A stretch of 64,000 nt of DNA from an uncultured Gammaproteobacteria bacterium (GCA_963773065.1 CAVYZN010000032.1:288001-352000); one strand, 5' to 3'. Positions 13,854-24,103 are shown, numbered from the stretch's first letter. Program-made: numbers and translations. Notes: generated from the letters alone by a model not told the origin.

Positions 13854-14990
13854 ATGGACGTATCTTCATTACTCAAGTTGATGGACCAGAAAAAGGCCTC
13901 GGATCTTTTTATCACCGCCGGTTTGCCGCCGAGCATGAAGGTCGATGGACGCATCACCCCGATTACCCAGTCGCCGCTTACGCCGCTGGAGACCGCGGAG
14001 ATCGTTGCCAGCATGATGACGCCGGCGCAGCGTGATGAGTTCGAGGCGACCCACGAATGCAACTTTGCGATCAGCGAATCCGGCGTCGGCCGCTTCCGCG
14101 CCAGCGCCTTTTACCAGCGCGGCCAGGTCGGCGTCGTGCTGCGGCGCATCGAGACCTACATTCCGACCATCGAGGAATTGAAACTGCCGCCGATCCTCAA
14201 GAATCTGTCCATGACCAAACGCGGACTGATCATCTTCATCGGCGCGACCGGTACCGGCAAGTCCACCTCGCTCGCGGCCATGATCGGTTACCGCAACAAG
14301 AACGGATCCGGACATATCGTGACCATCGAGGACCCGATCGAGTTTGTGCACAATCACCAGAACTGCATCATTACCCAGCGCGATGTGGGGATCGATACCG
14401 AATCCTACGAGGTGGCGCTGAAGAACACCCTGCGTCAGGCGCCGGATGTCATCCTGCTCGGCGAGGTCCGTGACCGGGAAACGATGAAATATGCCATCGC
14501 CTTCGCCGAAACCGGCCACCTTTGCCTGGCGACGCTGCACGCGAACAACGCCAACGGCGCCATGGACCGCATCATCAACTTTTTCCCCGAGGATCGCAGG
14601 CCACAGTTGTTCATGGATCTGTCCCTGAACCTGAAGGCCTTCATCGCCCAGCAACTGATTCCGCGGGCGGACGGCAAGGGGCGCCGCGTGTGCGTGGAAA
14701 TCCTGCTCGGCACGCCGCTGGCGCACGACCTGATACGCAAGGGCGAGGTGCACAAGCTGAAGGACCTGATGAAACAATCACGCCAGCAGGGCATGGTTAC
14801 CTTCGACCAGGCATTGTTCGAACTCTACAAGGCGGGTGAGATCACCTACGACGATGCCCTGCACTACGCGGATTCAGCCAACGAAGTCCGCCTGATGATC
14901 AAGCTCGACAAGGGCGACGTCGACCAGTATGCGGCCGCTATGCAAGGCATTGAACTGGTCGAGGAAGATGATGTGATGAGACGGCGATGA
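13854..14990 (+). CDS. pilU: Type IV pilus ATPase PilU
   Basis: Motifs GATGTGKST, LRQAPD, GHLCLATLHANNA and ADSANEVRL; directly follows pilT. Confidence 0.96.
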   Translation: MDVSSLLKLMDQKKASDLFITAGLPPSMKVDGRITPITQSPLTPLETAEIVASMMTPAQRDEFEATHECNFAISESGVGRFRASAFYQRGQVGVVLRRIETYIPTIEELKLPPILKNLSMTKRGLIIFIGATGTGKSTSLAAMIGYRNKNGSGHIVTIEDPIEFVHNHQNCIITQRDVGIDTESYEVALKNTLRQAPDVILLGEVRDRETMKYAIAFAETGHLCLATLHANNANGAMDRIINFFPEDRRPQLFMDLSLNLKAFIAQQLIPRADGKGRRVCVEILLGTPLAHDLIRKGEVHKLKDLMKQSRQQGMVTFDQALFELYKAGEITYDDALHYADSANEVRLMIKLDKGDVDQYAAAMQGIELVEEDDVMRRR

Positions 14991-15008
14991 GCCGTGCTTG
15001 GCGCCCCT

Positions 15009-15914
15009 TCACCAGTCGATAAGGGCGGCGTCGAAGACCGGGCCGTCCACGCACACGCGCTTCATCGCGGGTCCATACGGTGTGGTGATCCTTACCGTAC
15101 AGCCGGCGCAACCCCCCACGGCACACGCCATGAATTCTTCCAGTGACACCTGGCATGGCAGGGCGTACTCCCGCGCCAGCCTGGCGCTTGCTTCCAGCAT
15201 CGGATGCGGCCCGCAGGCATAAATGCCGACCTCGGCAAGCTCCTCGTCAGTCATCGCATCCAGCCAGCCGCGCGCCAGGTCGGTGATGTAGCCCTGGAAG
15301 CATCCTGGGTATTCCTGAAGACTGGCCAGCCGGCTGGGGACGCCCCAGTCATCGAGCAAGGGCATGGCGGCGATCACGTCGTCCGCTACCCCGGGCACGA
15401 GCATACGCGACGGTCGTGCGGAAAAGGGGAACGGCACCTCCGAGCCCATCAGGACCAGCGGTCGCCAATGCCTGTCGGCGCGCATGCTGTCGGCGAGGAA
15501 GATCATCGGCGGAATGCCGACGCCACCGCCCAGCAGCAGGGCGCGCGGGCGTGACCGGTCCTGTTTGAACGGTGTTCCGATGGGTGCGATCAGATTGAGC
15601 GTCTCACCGGCTTTTCTTTGGGATAGCGCGTGGGTGCCCCTGCCCACATCCTTGTAGAGAAATTCAATCCATCCCCGGCCGGCATCGGCCCGCATGATCG
15701 ACAGGGGCCGGCGCATGGGCAGTGAGGGCGCGCACTGGATATGCGCGAAGCTCCCCGGCAGGGCATGGATGGCGCACCGCGGCGCCGCCACCCGCAGGAC
15801 ATACTGATCCCCTGGGTGGCTGTCATGGGTAAGGATGACGGCGTCTTCAACGAATAGCGTATTGCGGTGCGCTTTGGCGCTGGTTTGGGGCAGGGGCGTG
15901 GTTCCAGTCGGCAT
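15009..15914 (-). CDS. pyrK: Dihydroorotate dehydrogenase electron-transfer subunit (FAD/NAD, 2Fe-2S)
   Basis: Motifs RRPLSI, GGGVGIPP, ACGP and MACAVGGCAGC...RVCVDGPVF. Confidence 0.85.
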   Translation of the reverse strand: MPTGTTPLPQTSAKAHRNTLFVEDAVILTHDSHPGDQYVLRVAAPRCAIHALPGSFAHIQCAPSLPMRRPLSIMRADAGRGWIEFLYKDVGRGTHALSQRKAGETLNLIAPIGTPFKQDRSRPRALLLGGGVGIPPMIFLADSMRADRHWRPLVLMGSEVPFPFSARPSRMLVPGVADDVIAAMPLLDDWGVPSRLASLQEYPGCFQGYITDLARGWLDAMTDEELAEVGIYACGPHPMLEASARLAREYALPCQVSLEEFMACAVGGCAGCTVRITTPYGPAMKRVCVDGPVFDAALIDW

Positions 15915-15922
15915 CGGGCGGG

Positions 15923-17230
15923 TCAGCCTGCAAGGCAATGAACCAGTTTGCCGGCGAGCAGGGTGTGCGTGGCGCGTCCTTTCATTTCCCAGCCCATGAA
16001 GGGCGTGTTGTGCCCATTGCTTTTGATCGTGTCCCTATCCAGTCGCCAGATCAGGTCAGGGTCGAAAACGCAGACATCGGCCGATGCGCCGACCGACAGG
16101 GTGCCGTAGGGCAGCCCCAGAATGCTCGCCGGGCCCGCCGTCAGACGGTGTATCAGATCGCCAAGTTCGATGACCTGTTCATCGACAAGGCGCAGTCCGA
16201 GCGGCAGCAGGGTATCGAGTCCCGATATGCCGGGTTCCGTTGACGGGAAAGAGCGCAGTTTCGCGTCCGGTTCATGGGGCTGGTGGTCCGAGCAGATTGC
16301 CGACAGGGTGCCGCGCTGCAGGGCGCCGCGCAGGTGCTGCCGGTCCTCCATCGTGCGCAACGGCGGAATGACATGGCAGCGGCTGTCGAAATCGCTGATA
16401 TCGACTTCCGTCAGATACAGGTAGGGGATGGCGGCATCCGCCGTGACCGGCAGGCCGTCAAACTGAGCGCGGGCCACCATGTGCACGGCCCTGGCGGTCG
16501 TCAGGTGACAGAAATGCGCGCGTATCCCGGTCTGCTCGATGAGCGTCAGGTCACGCGCCACGGCCGCCGTTTCGGCGGCTTCCGGGATGCCGGGCAATCC
16601 CAGACGCGTGGCCACCCTGCCTTCGTGGGCGCAGCCATTAGCCGACAGCCAGTGATCATCGGCATGGAGAAAAACGGTCAGGTCGAAAGTAGCGGCGTAC
16701 TCCAGCGCACGTCGTTGTACCAGGGTATTGGCAAGCGGGCGCAGGGCGTTGCTGACTCCGACACAGCCCGCATTCTTCAATGCCGCCATCTCGCTCAAAC
16801 GCTCCCCGTCCAGGCCATGGGTCAGCGCGCCCAGGGTGACGATGCGTGTTTTTCCTACCGTCTCGGCGCGCCGACGGATCAGCTCGATGTCGGCCGGGGT
16901 TTCAACGACCGGATTGGTGTCGGGAGGGCAGCACAGCGTGGTGATGCCGCCGCTCGCGGCTGCCATCGACTCCGTCGCGATAGTCGCCTTGTATTCCTGT
17001 CCCGGTTCACGCACCCTGGCACAGAGATCCACCAGACCCGGACAGACTATGCAACCGCTGGCATCGATTTCCTGCGCGGCCCTGAAGCCGTCCGGTGCGT
17101 TGCCGAGCGCGGCAATCCGGCCATCCGCGATATACACGTCCAGGATGCCATCGACTTTGTTGGCCGGGTCGATTACCCGTCCGCCCTTGAGTCGCAAAGT
17201 GTGTGTCTGTTTTGCCCGCGATGGTGACAT
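15923..17230 (-). CDS. pyrC': Dihydroorotase-like protein, probably the non-catalytic ATCase partner (PyrC')
   Basis: Amidohydrolase fold with PPLR and SDHQPH, but the Zn-binding DxHxH motif reads DLCAR. Follows pyrB. Confidence 0.88.
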   Translation of the reverse strand: MSPSRAKQTHTLRLKGGRVIDPANKVDGILDVYIADGRIAALGNAPDGFRAAQEIDASGCIVCPGLVDLCARVREPGQEYKATIATESMAAASGGITTLCCPPDTNPVVETPADIELIRRRAETVGKTRIVTLGALTHGLDGERLSEMAALKNAGCVGVSNALRPLANTLVQRRALEYAATFDLTVFLHADDHWLSANGCAHEGRVATRLGLPGIPEAAETAAVARDLTLIEQTGIRAHFCHLTTARAVHMVARAQFDGLPVTADAAIPYLYLTEVDISDFDSRCHVIPPLRTMEDRQHLRGALQRGTLSAICSDHQPHEPDAKLRSFPSTEPGISGLDTLLPLGLRLVDEQVIELGDLIHRLTAGPASILGLPYGTLSVGASADVCVFDPDLIWRLDRDTIKSNGHNTPFMGWEMKGRATHTLLAGKLVHCLAG

Positions 17231-17234
17231 GAGG

Positions 17235-18206
17235 CTATTCCGTGGCTGGTTCCTTGTGATGCATCGCCATGGACATCACCGCCATGCGCACGGCGATTCC
17301 GTGGGTTACCTGGGCCAGGATAACCGAGTGGGGCCCGTCGGCAACCTCGGAGTCCATTTCAACCCCGCGGTTGATCGGCCCCGGATGCATGATGGTCACA
17401 TCAGGTTTGGCGACAGCCAGCTTTTTTTCCGTTAGCCCGAACAGCTCGTAATATTCATGCTCGCTTGGCAGCATGGCGCCCTGCATGCGCTCGCGCTGCA
17501 GGCGCAGCATGATGATGACATCGGCGCCTTCGATCCCCTTGCGCAGTTCATGAGAGACATGCACACCGAGCGACTCCGCGTGGGCCGGGGTGAGCGTCTT
17601 CGGGGCGACGATGCGAATTTCACCGGTGTTCAGCAGATTCAGGGCATGGATCTGGGAGCGCGCGACACGCGAATGCATGATGTCCCCCACGATGGCGACA
17701 CGCAGGCGTCCAAAATCCGCCCCCTTGACGCGGCGGATGGTGAACACGTCCAGCAAGGCCTGGGTGGGGTGGGCGTGCCGGCCGTCGCCGGCATTGATGA
17801 CGCTGACGTGTGGCGCGACGTGTTCCGCGATGAAGTGCGCGGCTCCGCTGTCGGCATGCCGGACCACAAACATATCCACATGCATGGCCTCCAGGTTGCG
17901 CAGAGTGTCCAGCAGCGTTTCGCCCTTGACCGTGCTGGACTGGGTGATGTTGATGTTGAGCACATCCGCGGAAAGCCGCTTGGCGGCCAACTCGAAGGTA
18001 GTGCGCGTGCGGGTGCTGGCTTCGAAAAAGAGATTGACGATGGTTTTGCCGCGCAGCAGCGGAACCTTCTTGACGGTTTGCTCGGTCACCCCGGAAAACG
18101 ATTCGGCCGCATCGAGGATGTCGGTCAACAGCTTGCGGTTCAGGCCCTCGATGGACAGGAAGTGGCGCAGCCGCCCGTGCCTGTCGATTTGCCGGTTGTT
18201 GTTCAT
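17235..18206 (-). CDS. pyrB: Aspartate carbamoyltransferase catalytic subunit
   Basis: Motifs [23 protein letters not shown] and [11 protein letters not shown]. Confidence 0.98.
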   Translation of the reverse strand: MNNNRQIDRHGRLRHFLSIEGLNRKLLTDILDAAESFSGVTEQTVKKVPLLRGKTIVNLFFEASTRTRTTFELAAKRLSADVLNINITQSSTVKGETLLDTLRNLEAMHVDMFVVRHADSGAAHFIAEHVAPHVSVINAGDGRHAHPTQALLDVFTIRRVKGADFGRLRVAIVGDIMHSRVARSQIHALNLLNTGEIRIVAPKTLTPAHAESLGVHVSHELRKGIEGADVIIMLRLQRERMQGAMLPSEHEYYELFGLTEKKLAVAKPDVTIMHPGPINRGVEMDSEVADGPHSVILAQVTHGIAVRMAVMSMAMHHKEPATE

Positions 18207-18709
18207 GGGATCTGCTTTATTTCCAGCTTCAACGGGTCCGGCCCGAGCAGCTTGATGTGTTGCCGGGGCGTCAGCCTGACATGACTGCCGACCACGTTGG
18301 CCTGGATAGGCAGTTCACGTCCATCGCGTTCGACCAGCGTGGCGAGCAGGATGGATGCGGGGCGTCCATAGTCAAAGAGCTCGTTCATGGCGGCGCGTAT
18401 GGTGCGTCCGGTATGCAGGACGTCGTCAACCAGGATGATGTGACGGTCGTCAATACTGAACGGCAACTGGGAGGGGCGTACTACCGGGTTCATCCCGAGG
18501 CGGGTGAAGTCGTCGCGGTAAAACGAGATGTCCAGGCTCCCGAGCGGACTGCTGATATTGAGTTGTTCTTGCAGCCTTGCGGCCACCCAGACGCCGCCGG
18601 TATGAATTCCGACCATGGCAGGATTGCTGTGTCCGGTCTGCTCGATCAGGCTAACGAGATCGCTGGCCATGCGCTTGATAATGCCGGGTATGTTCTCAAG
18701 ATCGCTCAT
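18203..18709 (-). CDS. pyrR: Pyrimidine regulator / uracil phosphoribosyltransferase PyrR (in frame with ruvX here)
   Basis: Motifs [29 protein letters not shown] and RELPI. Confidence 0.93.
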   Translation of the reverse strand: MSDLENIPGIIKRMASDLVSLIEQTGHSNPAMVGIHTGGVWVAARLQEQLNISSPLGSLDISFYRDDFTRLGMNPVVRPSQLPFSIDDRHIILVDDVLHTGRTIRAAMNELFDYGRPASILLATLVERDGRELPIQANVVGSHVRLTPRQHIKLLGPDPLKLEIKQIP

Positions 18710-19111
18710 TTTCGATTCCAGCCAGTTCTGCAGGATTATGCACGCCGCTACCGCGTCGATGCCTTTGACTTCCAGTTCATGTTGCCGGCGGCCCTCAAGC
18801 TGTCTGGCAGCATGTGAACTCAGTCTCTCATCCATGGTGTACACGGGTAGTTTAAACCGGTCTTCGAGCTGGCGTACAAAGCGTTTAACGGTGTGGGTGA
18901 ACTCCGATTCGCTGCCGTCCGCGTGCAGGGGAAGACCGACAAGCAGCGCATCCGGCTGCCATGTCTTTATGTATACCGCGATCATCTCCCAGTCAGGTTT
19001 GCCGTTGCGTGCACGGACTGTCCCGAGTGCCGAGGCAGTGCCGGTTACCTCCTGTCCTACGGCGACGCCGATGCGCTGCAGGCCAAAATCAAAACCGAGC
19101 AATGTCCGCAA
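18710..19111 (-). CDS. ruvX: YqgF/RuvX pre-16S rRNA nuclease
   Basis: Motifs LGFDFGLQRIGVAVG, VGLP, DERLSS and IDAVAACIIL. There is no stop codon before pyrR in this sequence. Confidence 0.92.
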
Positions 19112-19161
19112 TATGATGGGCCGGCGGGCTGTTCGATGGCAGACTGTGGTATGGAGCGTTA

Positions 19162-19725
19162 TCAGGCATGGCCCGCTTCGCCGGATAACAGCTTGAGATT
19201 AACGCCGATCAACGCCGCGGCGGCTTCCCAGCGTTGTTCATAGGGGATATCGAAAACGATTCGTGTACTGGCCGGGCCACTCAGCCAGGCGTTGGCGGCA
19301 ATTTCCTGTTCCAGTTGGCCCGGCCCCCAGCCGGCATATCCCAGCGTGATGAATGACTTTTCTGGTCCCGTGCCGCAGGCGATGGCCTCGAGAATATCGC
19401 GTGATGACGTCACCCCGGTGTTCTCGGTCACCTTAAGGGTTGAGTCCCAGTTTCCAAGCGGCTCGTGCAGTACAAAGCCACGGTCTCCCTGAACCGGGCC
19501 ACCCATGTAGACGGGTTGTGCGGCGATGGTCCCGGAACTTGCCTTGATATCCATATGATCGAGGATGTCACCGAGGTTTATCCCCAAAGGGCGGTTGATG
19601 ATGATACCCAGGGCACCGTCTTCATTGTGTTCGCAGATCAGCGTGGCGGTGTGATGAAAGTTGGGGTCGGACAATGACGGCATCGCGATGATGAAATGAT
19701 TGTTAAGTGATTCAACGGTGCCCAT
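19162..19725 (-). CDS. algH: YqgE/AlgH family protein
   Basis: Motifs FIIAMP, ICEHNEDGALG, GGPV, LGYAGWGPGQLEQEI and a C-terminal GHA. Confidence 0.95.
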   Translation of the reverse strand: MGTVESLNNHFIIAMPSLSDPNFHHTATLICEHNEDGALGIIINRPLGINLGDILDHMDIKASSGTIAAQPVYMGGPVQGDRGFVLHEPLGNWDSTLKVTENTGVTSSRDILEAIACGTGPEKSFITLGYAGWGPGQLEQEIAANAWLSGPASTRIVFDIPYEQRWEAAAALIGVNLKLLSGEAGHA

Positions 19726-19795
19726 GGCTATAGTATCCTGCAGAGAGGTGACCTCCATCAAGTCTTGCAGCCATGATGGCACACATCGCCGGCGA

Positions 19796-20653
19796 TTAAT
19801 GGCTTTGCAGGTGGTAGGAGGTGGAGAATTCCCAGGTGCGGGTGATATGCAGGACATCGGCTTCCTTGCGAATCTCGGGTGGAAAGGGTGGGAAGGGTCC
19901 CGCCAGGTTGACAATCCGGATCGCGGCTTCATCGAGAACGGCGTGACCGGAGGGGCGTAACACATTGATATGGCCTACGGTACCGTCTGGATTCAGGGCC
20001 ACGTCCAGCAGCAGCTTGCCGGATATGCCTTCACGGCGGGCCGCATCCGGGTAGTTGAGGTTTCCCACCCGCTCAACCTTCTTGACCCACTCGATCATGT
20101 AGTTGGCATATTTAAACTCCTGTGTGCGCGCCGAGACATAGATCTGCTTGGGCTGCTTGGCATAGGCCTGTAGGGATTCGTTGACCTGCTCGCTGAGATT
20201 GACCATTTCCATGCTGCGTTCGATCAGTTCGATGGCGGACGGATCCTTCGGGTCAGTTTCGGGGAGGGTGGTGGATTCCTGGGCGATCTTTCTGCTGGAA
20301 AGTTCCGCTGTCAGTACCTGGGTGGGCGTAGGAACCGGCTGTTGCGGGACGACCGCCGGTGCCTGCTCCTGCAGGTCTTGCTGCGGGCGCACCTTCTCGG
20401 TGACATTGCCGCCGCCGTCCTGACTGGTCTGCGCCAGGTATTCGGCCTCATCCGGTGGCGGAGTTTCGCGGTTGGAGATGGTGATGTCCAGGGTCTGCGG
20501 ATTGTTCTCCGGCGGTGTGAGTATGTCAGCGCCGAAGGTGATTCCCAGGATGACCATGGCATGCAATACGACGGCGAAGAACAGGGCCAACGCCATCCGG
20601 TCAGTCGTGGTAACCGGGCTGTTTTCCAGTGATGGTTCGGTCACGCCTTGCAT
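19796..20653 (-). CDS. tonB: TonB-family energy transducer (TonB3-like, pil-associated)
   Basis: N-terminal TM segment containing LH, a Pro/Gln-rich linker, and a TonB_C domain (NYPDAARR...LDEAAIRIV...ITRTWEF). Confidence 0.88.
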   Translation of the reverse strand: MQGVTEPSLENSPVTTTDRMALALFFAVVLHAMVILGITFGADILTPPENNPQTLDITISNRETPPPDEAEYLAQTSQDGGGNVTEKVRPQQDLQEQAPAVVPQQPVPTPTQVLTAELSSRKIAQESTTLPETDPKDPSAIELIERSMEMVNLSEQVNESLQAYAKQPKQIYVSARTQEFKYANYMIEWVKKVERVGNLNYPDAARREGISGKLLLDVALNPDGTVGHINVLRPSGHAVLDEAAIRIVNLAGPFPPFPPEIRKEADVLHITRTWEFSTSYHLQSH

Positions 20654-20815
20654 TGCACGTACTCGCCTGCCATTGCATCCGGAATCATGCCGCCGATAGT
20701 CTACCGTACCGTGTGCAGCCGTCATCAGAAACGCGGCCGGGTCTCGCCTACCGCGGTTGCCCTCAGGCGCGGATTCCGGGAGGCTGTGGTCATGACGGGT
20801 CCCCGAAGGGGGCGG

Positions 20816-21316
20816 TCAGAGGCATTCATCCGACTTCGGGTACTTCTCCTTGACCTGATGGATTAATGCATCGATTACAGACTGTTCGGCGTCATTTCCC
20901 TGGCGTGCCTTGTAGGCCGCGTCGAGCTGATCGCCTACACTGGGATATTCCGCCCTGCGCAGCGAGGCGTAATTCTTGCCCGGTTCGTCATGACTGACCT
21001 TTGCCAGGGCATTGAGGAGCTGCTCACGCGTGGGTTGCGGTGCCGCGCCATGCCATTCGGCGAGATAGGGCGCTTCGCCGGGGTTGTCATGCTTGATCAC
21101 GTAATCGACGCCGGCGTGCGCGGTTGGTTGCAGCAAATGCATGGCGCGACAGAGATCACGGGCGCTGTCATCGTGCCTCAGCAGGCTCTGCTGCTGTGCG
21201 ACATGCTGCAGTTGTGTGTGTATCCTGCGTGTGTTTTGCCAGAGGATGAAAATCCAGACGCACACGCCCAGAAGAATAAAACTGAATATCCCCAGTGTTC
21301 CTTCGTCTAAGATCAT
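20816..21316 (-). CDS. Membrane-anchored protein with a phage XkdW-like / tail-accessory domain
   Basis: N-terminal TM helix, then GVDYVIKHD...YLAEWHGAAPQPTREQL and RRAEYPSVGDQLDAAYK...VKEKYPK. Confidence 0.65.
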   Translation of the reverse strand: MILDEGTLGIFSFILLGVCVWIFILWQNTRRIHTQLQHVAQQQSLLRHDDSARDLCRAMHLLQPTAHAGVDYVIKHDNPGEAPYLAEWHGAAPQPTREQLLNALAKVSHDEPGKNYASLRRAEYPSVGDQLDAAYKARQGNDAEQSVIDALIHQVKEKYPKSDECL

Positions 21317-21395
21317 AGCCGGTTTAACCCCTTGAACATCGATGTGTGCGGATATTGTAACAACTAACCAAGCCGCTGGAACACCATTTCCAATG

Positions 21396-22382
21396 CTATC
21401 GGGAGAATTGGTGTCTTGATCCATCGTCAATTCGGGTCATCAGGCGTATTTCGATGGCGTCCATCAACTGGCCGGCAATATCCGTTTCATACAGGGTATC
21501 GAGTTCGCGAATACAGGTCGGACTGGTTATGTTGATTTCGGTCAGATACTCGCCTATTACGTCCAGTCCGACAAACAGCAGGCCCATCTCGCGCAGGGCC
21601 GGGCTCACTTGTGCGCAGATCCATCGGTCCCGCTCGGTGAGTTCCACGCCCTTGCCGGTTCCGCCGGCGGCCAGATTGCCGCGTGACTCACCGGGTGCCG
21701 GAATGCGCGCCAGCGCATAGGGAAAGGGTTCGCCGTCAACCAGCAGTATGCGTTTGTCGCCCTGGGTAATTTCGGGTAGGTAGCGCTGCGCCATGGTGGA
21801 GCGGCGACCATTGTCGGTGATGGTTTCCAGTATGACATTGAGATTGGGGTCATCATGCCGGATTCGGAATACGGAAGCACCGCCCATGCTGTTTAGCGGT
21901 TTCACGACAATATCCCGGTATTCGTCGAGAAAAGTTTTCAGGCGCTGCCTATCGCGGCTGACCAGGGTAGGCGGGCAACATTGCGCGAACCAGGCCGTGT
22001 AGAGTTTTTCGCTGACGTTGCGCAACGCCACCGGCCGGTTGACGACCAGTACACCCTCGGCCTCGGCCCGTTCCAACAGGAAGGTGGAATACAGATATTC
22101 CATGTCAACCGGAGGATCCTTGCGCATCAGAACCACATCCAGTGTCGCGAGCGGGTGTGACTGGCGGTCAAGGCGCTCGAACCACTGCTGTTTGTCATCG
22201 CTTACCGTCAGACGGCTCATTTCGGCATGACAGTGGCTGTCCCGCAGGAAAAGATCAGCCTGTTCCATGTAATAGAGTTCCCAGCCGCGCGCCTGGGCCG
22301 AGAGGAGCATGGCCAGCGTGCTGTCCTTGTACGCATGGATGGACTCGATGGGGTCCATTACGACGCCTAGCTTGATGGTCAT
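21396..22382 (-). CDS. gshB: Glutathione synthetase
   Basis: Motifs VVMDPI, KDSTLAM, MRKDPP, GDKR, RGNLAAGG and EINITSPT. Confidence 0.98.
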   Translation of the reverse strand: MTIKLGVVMDPIESIHAYKDSTLAMLLSAQARGWELYYMEQADLFLRDSHCHAEMSRLTVSDDKQQWFERLDRQSHPLATLDVVLMRKDPPVDMEYLYSTFLLERAEAEGVLVVNRPVALRNVSEKLYTAWFAQCCPPTLVSRDRQRLKTFLDEYRDIVVKPLNSMGGASVFRIRHDDPNLNVILETITDNGRRSTMAQRYLPEITQGDKRILLVDGEPFPYALARIPAPGESRGNLAAGGTGKGVELTERDRWICAQVSPALREMGLLFVGLDVIGEYLTEINITSPTCIRELDTLYETDIAGQLMDAIEIRLMTRIDDGSRHQFSR

Positions 22383-22422
22383 GTGTAGTCGTCTCCCGAG
22401 TGCGGGTCCAGGCGATGGCAGA

Positions 22423-22449
22423 TAAAGTTTGCCTTAGGGTGGACGATAA
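22423..22449 (+). promoter_or_regulatory. Putative sigma28 promoter of the pilG-chp operon
   Basis: TAAAGTTT-N11-GACGATAA, a 15/16 match to the TAAAGTTT-N11-GCCGATAA consensus. Confidence 0.7.
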
Positions 22450-22584
22450 CTCGCTGTAGTTGAAGGTCAATACTAAATTAATTTATCTGCCGTGCGTAAC
22501 TGAGGACGGACAACAGGCCGCAATCCTTGATAGCTCGTGCGGTAGGCTGGATCAAAATATTGCAGAAACATATGGATAGAAAAT

Positions 22585-23082
22585 ATGCATGGTGGCGTTG
22601 AAACGATCGATATCGAGACTGGCCTGGACCAGGCGGATGGCGTCGTTGCCGGCCGGAATGCGGGCAGGGGATATCGGGTGATGGTGATCGATGACAGCAA
22701 GACCATACGACGAACCGCGGAGACGCTGCTCAGGAAGGAGGGTATCACCGTGCTTACCGCGGTGGACGGTTTCGAGGCGCTTGGCAAAATTGCCGATTAT
22801 CGGCCGGACTTGATTTTCCTGGACATCATGATGCCGCGTCTCGACGGATACCAGACGTGCGCATTGATCAAGCACAACCGCGTCTTCAGGAAAACACCGG
22901 TGGTGATGTTGTCCAGCAGGGACGGTCTTTTTGATCGGGCAAGAGGCCGGGTGGTGGGCTCGGATCACTACATCACCAAACCGTTTACGAAGGAAGATTT
23001 ACTGACTGTCATAGCGCAGTATCGGCAAGTGCATGGGATAACTGCAGCCACGCATGTCGTGGGCAGGAAGCCTATCAATTAA
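22585..23082 (+). CDS. pilG: Twitching motility response regulator PilG
   Basis: Motifs VIDDSKTIRRTAE, DIMMPRLDGYQTCALIK and DGLFDRARGR. Confidence 0.95.
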   Translation: MHGGVETIDIETGLDQADGVVAGRNAGRGYRVMVIDDSKTIRRTAETLLRKEGITVLTAVDGFEALGKIADYRPDLIFLDIMMPRLDGYQTCALIKHNRVFRKTPVVMLSSRDGLFDRARGRVVGSDHYITKPFTKEDLLTVIAQYRQVHGITAATHVVGRKPIN

Positions 23083-23098
23083 TAACGAGGGTGTGGCA

Positions 23099-23464
23099 AT
23101 GACGCAGATTATGATCGTTGATGATTCGCCTACGGATGCACATCTGCTGCAGAAGATGCTGGAAAAGTATGGTTACCAGACCCTGACGGCCGAGAATGGC
23201 AGTGAAGGAATCGAGGTGGCCAAACTTATGAAGCCTGATCTCATACTGATGGATGTGGTAATGCCGGGACTGAACGGCTTCCAGGCGACCCGGGAGCTGT
23301 CATCAAATCCCGAGACCGCTTCGATTCCCGTGATTATCGTCACGAGAAAGGACCAGAAGGTGGACCGTGTATGGGGTATGCGCCAGGGGGCGCGTGACTA
23401 TCTCACCAAGCCTGTGAGCGAAAGCGCACTGTTGTCGCTGATAAACGAAGCGCTCGCCAGATAG
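23099..23464 (+). CDS. pilH: Response regulator PilH
   Basis: Motifs VDDSPT, MDVVMPGLNGFQATR and DRVWGMRQGA. Confidence 0.95.
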   Translation: MTQIMIVDDSPTDAHLLQKMLEKYGYQTLTAENGSEGIEVAKLMKPDLILMDVVMPGLNGFQATRELSSNPETASIPVIIVTRKDQKVDRVWGMRQGARDYLTKPVSESALLSLINEALAR

Positions 23465-23469
23465 TGTCA

Positions 23470-24027
23470 ATGGCACGGGCAATAACCACCGTAATGACAA
23501 CCGATCCCGTTTCAATCCTGAAGAATATCGAGGACCGTTGCAGGATCGCGGCAACCGGCCTTCCGCAGAAGGCAGAAACCAGGCATCTATGGTCCGGGGT
23601 GGCTTTCCGGATCGGCTACAGCCGGATGGTTGCCTCCTTGGGCGGGGTGGTTGAAATCCTGATATACCCGGAGCTGTCGGTGGTGCCCAATACCCGCTCA
23701 TGGGTGCGCGGTATTGCCAACCTCCGTGGCAAACTGCTCCCGGTGATCGATATGAACGGGTATCTGCATGGTTGTCTGACCTCTATAGGCAAGCGCACCC
23801 GGGTACTGGTAGTGGACTGCGAGGGTGTCTATACAGGTCTGGTCGTGGATGAGGTCATGGGCCTGAAGCATTTTTCCGAGGAAACATTTGTGGCCAAATT
23901 ATCCGGTATTGATGAGGCGTTACGGCCCTATGTAGATCAGGGTTTCTGTGTTGATGGTGAGCATTGGGGAATTTTCAGGCTTTTTAACCTGGTTGAATCG
24001 CCGCAGTTCCAGCATGCCGCTGGATGA
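23470..24027 (+). CDS. pilI: CheW-like adaptor PilI
   Basis: Motifs WSGVAFRIG, GIANLRGKLLPVID and GLVVDEVMG. Confidence 0.92.
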   Translation: MARAITTVMTTDPVSILKNIEDRCRIAATGLPQKAETRHLWSGVAFRIGYSRMVASLGGVVEILIYPELSVVPNTRSWVRGIANLRGKLLPVIDMNGYLHGCLTSIGKRTRVLVVDCEGVYTGLVVDEVMGLKHFSEETFVAKLSGIDEALRPYVDQGFCVDGEHWGIFRLFNLVESPQFQHAAG

Positions 24028-24103
24028 GGTGGTAAACCGGGGATGGCGTCGTGAGCGGAAATTACATTCTGGAATCAGAGATAGATCGGTCAGGAGACAG
24101 ACC

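Noticed and set aside
21390-21425. sigma28 promoter for the XkdW-like gene (TCAAG...CCCGATAG on the minus strand)
   Set aside because: The spacing is 12 nt rather than 15 nt.
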